Shown here: positions 52,657-64,000 of the stretch, piece by piece
Position numbering within the stretch: the stretch's first letter is position 1
Layout: each line of letters opens with the position of its first letter
DNA from: Callorhinchus milii
Lineage: Eukaryota
Assembly: GCF_018977255.1 (NCBI RefSeq)
Contig: NW_024704767.1
Span: forward strand, 7,130,001-7,194,000
Direction of reading: 5' to 3'
Length of the DNA: 64,000 nucleotides
Program-made: the position numbers and the translations under genes
The notes under the pieces: generated by a model
Told to the model about the DNA's origin: nothing
The model's database searches: none
The model's input: only the letters and a program-made list of their open reading frames with translations

Positions 52657-55600
52657 TTAATTTGTATGAATGAAAGACTTATTCCGGTTTGTGCGTTTTA
52701 AAACTGAGAACATGTTTGTTTCATTCTGCGTGCGACACACTGAGTAACCAGAACCACCTGGAATAAAGTCATGCAAATCTCCTGGGTATTTCTTTAGCTC
52801 ATCAACAGAAGTAAAACCTACAGAAACAAAAAAAAAATTGCATTATCTAGGTCACCTCCCTTCTCCCTCCCTGACCCCAGCTCGGGTTTGAAATGCTGTA
52901 CAGCACCTTGGGACGTCCTCCCGAAGTGAAAGACGCTATTCAAAATGTAATGTTGTAGATTCTCCACAATTTTTCCCAGGATTGAGTGTTAATCCAACTA
53001 TGTCTTGCACAAAATGTGTTTGTGGGGATGATTTTTAAATCTCTAATCTCTAAACACAGATCTGTTTTGTGGGGAACAAGTAATACAAATTTACAGAAGG
53101 GCAGAGAAGAGAGCAGGAGGAATGGCTGATGGAGATAAATAGTTCGATGGGCTTGACATCCTGGGATGGATGAGTTAATAAAAGAGCTGAGCTATTATTT
53201 GAATGCTGAGGGTGTGGAATGAGGAAAAACAAAAGCTATTGTAACATTTTGATCCAATTCCCTATCTGACCTTGACTGGAGGGATGGTTCTGTATAGAAA
53301 TGAAAACCTGAAGTTTCTGATTTTAGAGGATTGAAGCTTTACCATTGAAGACAGTTGTGTCAAATTATGCTGAATTTGTGCAGGCTTCAAACTTTGTTAA
53401 GTTAAGGTTATTGAAGAAAGTGAAGACAAGTCAGTCACTGGCAAGGATTCAGTGCATTTGATTCAGATTTGAACATTGAAGCTAGCATCAATTGGCAGCC
53501 TAATCACCATCAACTGGGGCAAATCGTTTGAGATTGGCCTTAGTTAGGCAATACTGAAGCATAGCAAGTGATCATTATAACTTAGCTGGAAAAAAATTCA
53601 TCAAAACACATTGAAATGAAAAACTCACAAGATTCTGCATGGACTGCAGCAAAACTCATGGACTAAATTACAGAACCAAAAATGAAAATGTTCTTGTATG
53701 AACTGTTTGCATTTACAAAAAAGGCTTGGCAAAAAGGCAATCTACAGTGTCCCATAGTGAATTCCAATTGCTCATACATGGAGGGCAGGTGAATGAAGAA
53801 GGGCACAATATTTTCATATGCATTAACTGTGAACATACTTTATCAATCTTGCTGAATTATAGAATAATTCTTACCAGTAACCATGTTGTTTACAGGGTAC
53901 ATTTGTTGAAGGTGACAACATGACACAGGTTTAAAGGATTCTTCCAACAATGATGTTCTCAAAACTGAATTCTGGTCCCTGAAAACATGTTGCACAGTGA
54001 GAATTGGTTTATCCATGTAAGCCATTAAACACCAGTTACATCATTTATTTTAATAACAGAAGAGTTTTGTTTAGTCAGAAAGATATAGGTTAATAATAGC
54101 ACTTTATGAGATGGTTTTACCCTTTTCTGGCATTTATATTGTGGAGGTTCGCCTAAAAACAATTACTTCACTTTACAATGAAAGCTCTTTGAGAAGTCTT
54201 CCCGACATGAAAATGCAAGGATTATTATTATTAACTGTAGCATGACATCAAAATGCTCTTTCCCTCATATTGTGTGCAGTAAAACTAAAGCTTCAATAAC
54301 ATATGCATGTAAGCAAAGCTCTCTCTGCTTGCTTTTGCATTCATTTTGTTCCAGATGAAAATAACAGGTCTGGGAGTTGATTTAATCAAAATGTCCATTT
54401 TTACAATTCTGCTTAAATGACAGTGAAACTGGAAGGAAGGGAATTTGTATCATATCAGTAGAATTCAAAAACAGAAGATTAGAATTAAACCTGGATATCC
54501 TTTGGCACTTGTGCAGCTCAGTTTCATGTTAGACTACAATTATAACAAACCTGATAAAAAGCCCCTAACTCCATGTTAGGTTTGCTGCTCTGGATCACCA
54601 CCCTATTTCAATGGAATTATTACTTTAGGTTCCTTATTCAGGTGCATTTTAAGGGGACTCCTCCCATTATTTCAAAGTAAAGCAGAGTTTTCATCTTGGT
54701 TATTTGGGTTTACATTCCCTCCACATCCATCCCAGAATTTGAAATTGATTGGCTACTCATTTCATTGATGTTTATGGGGACTTTGTTGCTGCAAATTACT
54801 GCTTGAAGTTTCCTCTATAACAAGTTGCATTTAGAATCGCGTCCTTCACGCAAGATAGCGTCTCAGACTGCTAACAGCATTCGCTTCATGGCTAATTAAT
54901 CTCATTCCGTAAAGTGCTCTAAAATGTTTATTTTATGTGAAAGACACCGTAAGGAAAGAGTTAATGGCTAAAGGGTTTTACTGCTTTTTGTGCACTGTAA
55001 TTTGTTTTGTAACAATTGAGATATTGGTGCAATTTTGCATTTAACAGTTAAAGATGTAAATTAAATGAACAAACCCAACGTCATTGTTAGATACATCCAG
55101 CCCAGCTCGGTCGATTTTCATGCCTTGGGTGTAGCACATTTTAATGTTCTTTCTTTTTAACATTTCTTTTTCATATGTCTTTTGTGTTGAAATCTAAAAT
55201 GAAAAAAAAGTCAAGTCAGAATTCTGACGTGAAAGGCATTGTAGAAATGTAATTTGTTGTTGTTTGAGCATGCCAAGTAGTTAGTGTACATGTAAAAGCA
55301 AAACATTGACACCTGCTGAGACTGTGAAGGACTCACGTGCTCCCAAATGAAGTTGCCAAATGCTGCTCTAATTTCTGAAATAATGAAAACATAGCATTTT
55401 GTTATATTACTCCATATTGAAATTATATAATGCTAAGACCATTAACTCAAACATCAGAACCTTTTCAATAGTTTTGAAACGGAACACTGTCAATGGGTGA
55501 AGACAAGTGTTTGCTAGGATGGATGCTTATGGAAAGATGTTTGGTTCTCCATTTGCCTCTGGACCTGGGATGTTGACTGAATGATATTCAGTGCTATTTC

Positions 55601-57568
55601 CTCTCCTCTTCTTTCTCTTCAGTGATAAAGGCAACAGATTGCTGTTAGGAGAGAATCTGTCCTTGCTCCCATACTCGTGCTATCATTCCATGATATAATG
55701 CATTGCAGCATTCCTGAAAATGGATCCAGCAAGATACTGATTGTTTTTTGTCTCAACCAAAAAGAAAGTTACTGAATAATACTGACCTACAGCGATATTG
55801 GTGTTGCATCTTAAAAAATACAACAAAATAAAACACTGCAGGAATAATTAAGGAGCATAGTCACTAACAATGTTTATTTTTCACCAACTATAGTTTAGTA
55901 CAAGGACTATAAGATTGCAAATTTCCAATTGATTATCATTTTAACAGATAGGATGTTCCTCTGCATAGCAGTCCTAGCATTACCTCTTGGAATAACAACA
56001 ATTTGCACTTATATATATACCACCCAGGGTAGGGTCTCAGAGCTCAGATAAGAAAAAAAATCACCATTCGCAAGACATGACTCAATAATGTTATCCAGCC
56101 AGGGTGTCACTCCGCAGTGCAGTGCGCCTGCCACTTGTTGGAGGAACAGGGCAAACACTCACACTATGTGCCAGCGCAAACAACGACTTGCATTTATACA
56201 CCGCCCCTCACGAGGGGGAACGTCCCAGAGTGCTTGACAGTGGCATTGCTTTTGTCTAGACCTTACGTACTATCCTTACAACTTTTTAAAATTCATTTCA
56301 TTGACTTTTAAATGCTTAAGATTTGTCAAAAGCCACAGGGGCTTTCAAAGTCAGTCTTTTTAACACTAAAGTATTTCTCTCTTATTTGTTTAGTTACACT
56401 TACCTTTATGAAGACAGGAAGGAGGAAGTAGAAAATGACCGATCGCTACAGTGCCCTTGATTCCAGATTGCTCACATGCTACCAAATAGCTTGCATGAAA
56501 AACTGTAGCATTGTCTTCCACAAACTCTAAACTCTCAAAAATCCTGAAACATTATACAATACATCCATGGATCAGCCCATTGAAACAAGTGTAAACCATG
56601 ACTCTCACAAGTAATTCTTATATAAATATTTTATCACTGAAACAGTTCATAGAATTTTTCAGAGCTGGGCATTTTACATGACATTAAAATAGAAATATTT
56701 TTAAAAAATGCTAGAACAACAATGTATTCTACTGAATCCTCTAAATAACTGAAGAGTCATCAGAATTAACTGACGTAAGATTTAGAGGTGTTCATTTAAG
56801 AGGGAGGGAGGAAAGTTGAGATCACTTTCTGTTGAACCATTATATAGCATACGCTTGTCAATTTAAGATTTCATGTTGAGGTTCGTGGTGAACATCTAAC
56901 TGATTAAAAGGTTTGTCTTCATGTGACTTTTTAAAGAAATAGACTTTTTTTTACTACTTATCTTGATTAGGGGTGCAAAATGGGCACTTATCTCTTACAA
57001 ATAATTTTAAAATAAAATCCTAAATGCTCTACCTCTGTGTGTCAGGATGAGAAGCATCAGTACTAAACAAGAAGTCTGCAGAACGCCAGTTTGTAATAAT
57101 GCCACCTTCAGACACTATCGGAAGTGGTACAGAAACAATATGTTACAAATAAGCAAAACAAAACACAAGCTTTTCTTGTCAATGATGTAAAGTATACTTG
57201 TTAACAAATTAATGTTTTCCATACCTAAGCATAAGAAAGGAAGCCATGTCTTTAAAAAATCAGGCTATTTGATTTATGTCTGAAATTTTGCATAATATTT
57301 TCAATTGTTTAAAGAGCTATTATTGTTTAGTGTATAAAATAAAGTAGGACCTTGGCAAAGAGACAAAATATACCTCTTGAATCCTGCCCAAAGCAATGAT
57401 TTACACTGAAACCTTCAAAATATCCTGTTAATCAGAACACCATATTCAATATCACTGGAAATAAACAAAATACAGATGCTCTAATACAGAACTACAGTAC
57501 GTACCCCAAAGATTGCAGAGCTGTCTGCTCACACTTTCAGAAAACCAACCCTTTTCACTTCTGTACAT
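52657..57568 (-). CDS. TERB2: Telomere repeat-binding bouquet formation protein 2 (meiotic TERB1-TERB2-MAJIN complex)
   Basis: Exons 57568-57505 (MYRSEKGWFSESVSRQLCNLW), 57114-57033 (VSEGGIITNWRSADFLFSTDASHPDTQR), 56543-56404 (IFESLEFVEDNATVFHASYL...VAIGHFLLPPSCLHK), 55374-55313 (EIRAAFGNFIWEHVSPSQSQQ), 53978-53875 (...LQQMYPVNNMVT) and 52817-52657 (GFTSVDELKKYPGDLHDFIPGGSGY...IHTN*). Motifs ADFLFSxDASHPDT, EDNATVFHA, YPVNNMVTG and LHDFIPG match TERB2 as recalled. A phase 0-to-2 linker exon between 55313 and 53978 was not confidently located. Confidence 0.9.
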
Positions 57569-57946
57569 TGTTGACTTGAAAGAAAGAATTTGCAGTTTTA
57601 TGGTCAAAATATTTCCCAATACAATCGGGTTCCCATAATATTAAGTCATCTATAGTTATAATCTTATGTTATACTGGTGGCCAGTCCTGGCCATACTTGC
57701 TATGTTTTCTATATATCTGAGTTCCCATATTGTTATAGCTGTCTGATGTTATGCAAATTTATGCTCCCAATTAACAAAAGATTCAATAATGTTATCCAGC
57801 CAGGGTGTCACTCCGCAATGCAGTGCGCCTGTCACTTGTTGGAGGAACAGGGCAAACACTCACACTATGTGCCAGCGCAAACAACAACTTGTATTCATAC
57901 GCCGCCCCTCACGAGGGGGAACGTCCCAGAGCGCTTGACAGTGGCA
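56082..57946. repeat. 164-bp direct repeat (56082-56245 / 57783-57946)
   Basis: TCAATAATGTTATCCAGCCAGGGTGTCACTCCGCA...GCTTGACAGTGGCA in both copies; 7 mismatches counted by eye, no indels. Confidence 0.95.
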
Positions 57947-58099
57947 GAGCACAAAGTGTATCGTGTGTTTTTCCAGCACCTTCGCCCCTTCGTAACCTCA
58001 GGGCGAGGTTTCTGTGTTGATTGGGGAACTTGTTTAATGGGTAGCACAAGCCAAAGTAAAACTGCCTGAAAAGCGTTCCTGGCTACGTGGGGTGATGGC

Positions 58100-58330
58100 A
58101 GCTGACGAGGTTCACAACCAACACGTTTGGGACAGGCACGTGGAAGCGACCCTTCGCACAAAGAGCATCAAAAACTGGGGCGCTTACCTGAGACAGGTAC
58201 TTGGGGCCAGGACACTGGACTCATTTAAGAAACGGCTCACTGCTGCATTGGGAAGATGGTACAGCTCGTCTTGTGGAAGGATATGATTAAATAGGACCAA
58301 GAGGTCTTGTCCATACGAATCTCTCTCAGG
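58100..58330 (+). mobile_element. CR1-type LINE 3' fragment
   Basis: Translates to QVLGARTLDSFKKRL, resembling the CR1 C-terminal motif, followed by a 3' UTR-like ATAGGACCAAGAGGTCTTGTCC. Confidence 0.6.
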
Positions 58331-58679
58331 TTAGTTCGGGAGACCAGTGCCCCGGTATCCAGCAATGGTGTGAGGGGGACTAACATAATGGGGGTTAATC
58401 GACAGGTGGATGGTCCAATGAGAAGATGCTGTTATACAGTACATTGCAGTATTTTGGCTGTTATTTTAGTGACTCAACGACAACCATAAATTACATTTGT
58501 ATTGCGCCTTTCACGTCAGGAGGACGTCCCATTCCGTTTCGGAGCCAAATAAAATCGGTCAAAAACAACTGATTTTTTTTTCTGTGTGTGTGTGTAAAAA
58601 AAGAAGGCAGTTAAATTAAAATAAAACCGCGGATTTTTTTTTAATTTTTTTAAATTAATTTAATTTGAAAAAAAATCAC

Positions 58680-58717
<38 letters not shown>
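58680..58717. repeat. (TTTC)n microsatellite
   Basis: About 9 perfect units. Confidence 0.95.
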
Positions 58718-58718
<1 letters not shown>

Positions 58719-58729
58719 ACGTTCGTACC

Positions 58730-59110
58730 TTTCTTACGAGGTTTCTCACGTAAAAACGCCCTCGGGCAGAGCCCTCTCGTCACCCTCCGCCGGGGAACGC
58801 GACGACCCGAACACGCTCGCTCCCGCGCCGTGTGCGCTTGCGCGAAGCGCGTCACGTGCTGTTCCAGCACCTTCTCCCCGTGACGTCAGGGTGAGGCGAC
58901 CGTGCGGGAGAGGCGGCTGTTCGATGGGGCCCGGCGAGCCGCGCTGACCCGTTGGCGATGGCGGCGGCTGAGGCTCGCGACCGATCCCTTGTGCTCCATT
59001 CCCGACAGCGAAGGACGGTTTTTTTTTCAGGACGGACGCGCGTGGGAGTGACCCTTTGCACCAAAGGGGACATCGGGGGGGGGAAACCTGCCACGGAAAG
59101 GTGCCAAGAC
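58730..59110. promoter_or_regulatory. CpG-island promoter upstream of TERB2 (and about 1 kb upstream of CYP11A1)
   Basis: CpG-dense segment with TCCCGC 58821-58826, NRF1-like GCGCTTGCGC near 58834-58843, TCACGTG 58852-58858, full CRE TGACGTCA 58881-58888 and GCGGGA 58904-58909. TERB2 coding exon 1 has an upstream acceptor (57576-57575), which implies a non-coding first exon. Confidence 0.7.
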
Positions 59111-59953
59111 ACTTCAGAACATGTAACGGGACAGTTAAGAAACCGCTCGCTTCTGCAGTGGGTTGTTATTCTGGAAGGATGAGCTGAAATAGACCAAAGG
59201 CGTCTTGTCCCATTTGAGTCTCTCCTCAGAGCGCCTGACGACGTCCTCCTGACGTGAAAGGCGTTATACAAATGTAATTTGTCATTGCCAACTCCTCCCT
59301 CCCTCCCCCCCACCCCCCAACCCCGACATCATTGCCAGGCATCCTCTCCTCAGCAACAAAGACGTTCGTCTGGATAAACACAGGCATTCATTTAAATAGG
59401 TAAGAATACATATTTTTTTATTAAAGAAGAATTTGCAGTTCTTTAATGGAACGGAAATAGGATTTCATTTTATATTTCAGGCATACGTTTAGCAAAATAG
59501 TTTTTTTTTAATAAACGTGACTGTATTTGTGGGCGAATAAATGAGCTGATAACGACGAAATACCACGTTGCACAGTACAAGGTGAAACGTAAGCTGTTAC
59601 CCAGTCTGGGATTTGCCAATGACATTCTTTCCATCTGCGAACAAGAACTTTCTTTGCCTCCTTAACCTCTCTTTAACCCTGACCCCAGTCACTCCCTCCA
59701 CTCAGCTAACGACAGCCTGCTTCATAACAACCCACCCTGTCTACCTCACCATAAGTTATTGAGCTTTCAGCCTTCCTGCTCCACTCTCTGGAATACCATT
59801 CTGGAGTACCTCAGCTTCTCCCCTTTTTGACATGCCAACTTGAAAGTCATTGTACAAATGTAATTTTATTGATTGTCATTGTGACGTTGAGGCACTTTGC
59901 AATTTGTTTTTGGAATTTGCAAATTAAGATTTACATTTTGACATCAGAATCGA

Positions 59954-60014
59954 TGCCCTTGGCAAAAATGTTTCTTTGCAACGTATCCCTGTCCTTGAAT
60001 GATGGGATATAAAA
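59954..60014 (+). promoter_or_regulatory. CYP11A1 proximal promoter: two SF-1/NR5A sites plus TATA box
   Basis: TGCCCTTGG 59954-59962 (CCAAGGGCA on -), TGTCCTTGA 59990-59998 (TCAAGGACA on -) and TATAAAA 60008-60014, about 70 nt before the ATG. Layout matches the known SF-1-next-to-TATA arrangement of CYP11A1 promoters. Confidence 0.7.
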
Positions 60015-60083
60015 ACTGCCGCCAATGAAGAAGTAATCAGACTTGAAAAGTAAATGCACTGATCATTTCAACCCATTCGAAGC

Positions 60084-63000
60084 ATGGTTATAATGATTAG
60101 ATACAGATTCCGGTTACCTGCATTTGGCAGTATTTATGGTAACCGACAATCTGTTGCCTGTCCAGAAAATAAAAATGCATTCATCATCCACAGAAATAAT
60201 TCAGCAACAAGCAAAATCTATGTTTCTTCTTCCAATAATGCTCTGAAATCTTACGATACATTGCCAGGAGAGTGGAAATCCAAGTGGAGTACCCTCTATA
60301 AGATCCTGAAGAAAAATGATTTCAAAAATTTACATAAAATCATGGTAAACAAATTCGATATGTATGGACCGATTTTCAGGTAGGTGCACCTTACTAATAA
60401 TTCTTGTTTGAGATAAACATGTTTTAATGTTTTGTTGTTAAAATGATTTTAATTTGTAAAGTACACATTAATTAATGCAAACATTTGTTTTAGACTGGTA
60501 CTGGATTTATAATTTGGGTGAATTTTGTATCATTTGTTTTGACATTCACTGATTGACTGCAAGACTTCAAATAGTGTTCACAGACCATGACCATATGTTT
60601 CTTATACACTATAGCTTATTTTCCTGTGTGTTTATTAATATTTGTTTTGCTGCAAATTTTCCTCTGTACGCACACAGGTAAAAAGATACTTTGATCCAAA
60701 GTGTGTGTATACGTGAATCTGACCAAGCATACGCAGTGAAAACAATAATCCTTGCATTTGGTATAGCGCCTACAGGACCTCAATTAAACGTCTCATCTGA
60801 AAAATGGCATCTCTGACAATGCAATGCACACCTAGCATGGCATTGGCGTGTCAGCTTAGACTTTGTGAGCTAAAATCCCAGATGGTTGAACTCGCAGCCA
60901 TCTGGCTCAGAGACGAGTACTACCACTGAGCCAAACTGACACACTATGCGCAGTACACAGGAAAAGTAAGTTATACAGTGTTATAACTTAATTTGCCCTT
61001 TCCTGTCTTTTTAATCTTCAATTTGTTTCATTTTCCTTGCCNTTTTTTTGGCTCACTATGTCTTCATTCTGTTTTTACTTTCTTTGGTTGGCTGTGCGTT
61101 GAGTACTTTTCGGTTATTGTTTTAACCCTTGGAATCCCAGCTGGTATATTCTGCTTACTTTGATCTTACTCCCCAACCCATTAACCGCTGCCTCGGCTCA
61201 ACTGGCTTCGGTCTCCTGCATGTTCCACCTTCGGCGGCTGCACCTTTTAGCTACTACTCCCGAAACTCCTGGAACACGCTTCCTCTATCCTTCTGCCTTG
61301 CCCCTTCCTTCCCCATCTTCAGTTCGCACCTGCATCTGGCAATGTCATGAGCATACTTTTTTGGGGGGAATCTCCTATTGTTGATGAGCTATATTAAAAA
61401 ATGCTTTAAAGCCCAAAATATGAGGTATGCATTGTATTTTGCAACTATGTCGTGACAGAGGAAAGCATACACCGTTCAGAGAGATACATCTATATTCTGC
61501 GACAAATGTATGGCATTTTTTTCCGGCTGTCATGGGATCTAGCGTCCTCCCACTTGGGACAGACAGAGAGACTGAGATAGTGAGAGAGAGTGAGACTGAG
61601 GTAGTGAGAGAGACTGTGAGAGAAAATATATTATAAAGTGTAGTGACTGTGTTTTGTGGGAGAGACAGGAAGAAACTGAGATAGTGAGAGAAACTGAGGG
61701 ACTGAGTGAGAGAGCGAGAAAGACAGAAAGAGACTGAGATAGTGAGAAAGAGAGACTGGGAGAGAGAGAGACTGACAGACTGAGAGAAAATATATTAAAG
61801 GTGTCCTCCCAATGAGTCCTACCACATGAGTCCTCCCAGCTGAGTATAGATAAAGATGAAAATGTCTGTCTAAGTCTCTCTGTGTGTCAATCTACATTCC
61901 ATATTGGATCCTTTGGTTGCAAGCAAAGCTGCAACAGGTGCAGCTAGTACGAAAATAAATACAAAACATGATTTAAAGTAATAAAATGTTACAAATATAA
62001 TTACTTTATTCTAATTCCATGTCTTGCCTTTGATACCCAGTGACCACCAGTTTATGAAGAAGTTTTGCATATATACTTTGTGAAATGCCTTTTGAAAGTG
62101 GTAAAGAGCGAATAAATGTACTACATCATATGGCTTGCCATGGTTAATTAGAGAGGTAACCTCCTCAAAAAAGTTTTAATGAGTTGGCTAGACAAACCTA
62201 CCCTTTCAGAACCCATGTTGGCTAAAATACTATAACTGTCGTGAACGTTTGCTGCATACTATTCAGCAAACTATGTGATCCTGATAATCTTGTGCTTTTT
62301 GTTCATTTGCAGGGAACAGATTGGTCACTATGGTAGTGTAAACATTATTAAGCCTGAGGATGCTGCTACTTTGTTTAAAGCTGAAGGCATGTTTCCAAGA
62401 AGACTGAGTGTATTACCATGGTTGGATTACAGAGAACACAGAAAGCAAAAATGTGGAGTACTGTTACAGTAAGCTTTATTTGATCGGTTGGGTGTCTTGA
62501 CACTTGTGTAATCGCTCCAGGACACTACCACGGGTGAAGGGCATGATATAAATGCAAGTTGTTGTTGTTGAATCATATTACCTATTACCAGTAAGAATAA
62601 GTACCATTAAGAGTATCCAAAGGAGAGTGAGGCTTTCATGTTTGCCACCTACATATGAAAATCCTTTCTTGGAATACAATGCACACTCTCCCTGTTTAAC
62701 TAATTCAGGAGAGCTTTAGGCTCAGGTTGGCAAGAGGCCAGGCTTGAGGACCCCACAATGGTCAATATTGCAACCTTTAGGATTCCCCAGTATAAATAGT
62801 TTGACTATTTCAATTGTTTATATTGCAAATTTGTGAAGTTGATTTCCTTATCAGATTATTCTGCTTCGGACCTTTTTTTTGGTGAGCCGGATATCTGACT
62901 CATGCTACTTGCACATAAAAATTTCCACACGTGTGGAATGGAATATGCACTCTCTCCTGAAAGGATGCACTTGCTTACCTCACTTCCAAAGAGAATAAGG

Positions 63001-63918
63001 TGCAGGTTGACAAGAACTAGAGTGTTTGTTGGGAAACTGTTGGGAGTATAACCAGCTAAAACTGCATAGATTGAGAGCACTGTCTGCCAGTCTTCCTACT
63101 GCATGTCCAACTGGGACGTTACCCATTAAGGCTTTAGCTTGAAGAGTTAACAGGAACTGAGTGGGAAGAATCCCTGATCTTCTTGTTGATAAGCCAGGCT
63201 GGCTGGTCTGTCATCAGTAGTTCTGTGGACCGCCTGTCTTAGGAACCAGACTCAGATTGCTGATCAACTTGATTTTATTCAGACATTGGTCCAGAAGATT
63301 ACAGGGAAGTTACTCACTGGGCTCTCTTGTTCAAAGCTTGACAGCACTGATACTAAGTTAATTAAAACACCGTAGCAAAAATCACTAAAAAGATCAGTGT
63401 TGTGGCCAGTTTCTTCATAATACTTTACATAGCTATTGGTCAGCCATATCAGGAAGCTCATTGTGTCTCTTCCCCATAGTAGATATCCGAATGATATCAC
63501 ATATTAAAACTAATCTTCAGGTGACAATTATCAACTGCTTGAGCTCCACTCTCTTGGTTTCTTAATATGATCTATAGATGTGGTGCAGAAATGTAACTGC
63601 ATTACTTCCAAATATTATTTGCAACCAGCACTTGTTTCTGTAAATACTCAAAGCACAATTCTTTTGGTAACTTGTTGAGAATCATTTTAATGCTTGGCTT
63701 CGGTCTTGTATTTTTCAGAAATGGGGAAGAGTGGCGAAAAACTCGAATGGTTTTGAATAAAGAAGTTATTGCACCCAACATTATTCATAAGTTTGTGCCA
63801 TTCATTAATGATGTAGTGCTGGATTTTGTGTCCATGCTTCACAAACGGATTAAGGAGAATAGCAAAGATGAATGGACATTTGAACCCATGAATGACCTCT
63901 TCAAATTTTCACTTGAAT
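60084..63918 (+). CDS. CYP11A1: Cholesterol side-chain cleavage cytochrome P450 (CYP11A/P450scc), exons 1-3; gene continues beyond window
   Basis: Exons 60084-60379, 62313-62468 (156 nt) and 63719-63918 (200 nt) splice to ...LHKIMVNKFDMYGPIFR-EQIGHYGSVNIIKPEDAATLFKAEGMFPRRL...GVLLQ-NGEEWRKTRMVLNKEVIAP...VVLDFVSM...DLFKFSLE. This is a mitochondrial-clan P450 closest to fish CYP11A as recalled, with a basic N-terminal presequence. Start codon could be 60084 or 60093. Confidence 0.88.
61560..61790. repeat. GA-rich degenerate tandem repeat (GAGACTGAGATAGTGAGA units), CYP11A1 intron 1
   Basis: Repeated GAGACTGA / GTGAGAGA units. Confidence 0.8.
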
Positions 63919-64000
63919 GTAAGGGTTCATTCTTACTTATATACTTATTTGTTTTATTAACATATCACAACCTTCTGAAAATGGTTTTTCAAACTATTAT

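Noticed and set aside
55440-55790. Coding-looking minus-strand stretch in TERB2 intron 3
   Set aside because: All three frames are interrupted by stops, and exons 3 and 4 already join in phase without it.
58181-58190. Strong minus-strand donor CAG|GTAAGC as the TERB2 first-exon end
   Set aside because: It lies inside a CR1 fragment, and other candidate donors exist at about 58675-58740; it cannot be chosen without transcripts.
1-64000. CRISPR arrays, operons or prokaryotic defence systems
   Set aside because: The sequence is intron-rich vertebrate DNA; recurring motifs are dispersed SINE/LINE tails, not regularly spaced repeats.

Overview
Eukaryotic (vertebrate) genomic DNA, most likely a cartilaginous fish. 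This is inferred from the tRNA-headed Deu-type SINEs, the L2/CR1 LINE debris and the protein divergence; it is not proven. Reading splice sites by eye gives five intron-containing genes: CRABP1 (+, 4 exons, 137 aa), SLC25A44-like mitochondrial carrier (-, 3 coding exons, 310 aa), IREB2/IRP2 (+, 22 exons, 967 aa, head-to-head with SLC25A44 across a CpG island), TERB2 (-, meiotic telomere-bouquet protein, almost invisible in the ORF track, one internal exon not located) and the first three exons of CYP11A1/P450scc (+, runs off the window). I found no wholly new multi-gene system. The points most worth a second look are: two GC-AG introns, one directly before the IRP2-specific Cys-rich exon; a TERB2/CYP11A1 divergent arrangement with a germline-type CpG island and an SF-1/TATA promoter; two inverted duplications in the CRABP1-SLC25A44 spacer; a 164-bp direct repeat bracketing TERB2 exons 1-3; a duplicated box C/D-like element in the IREB2 3' region; a 230-bp intronic palindrome; and a phase-compatible set of unexplained exon-like segments. 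All homology statements come from memory of the protein families, not from searches.
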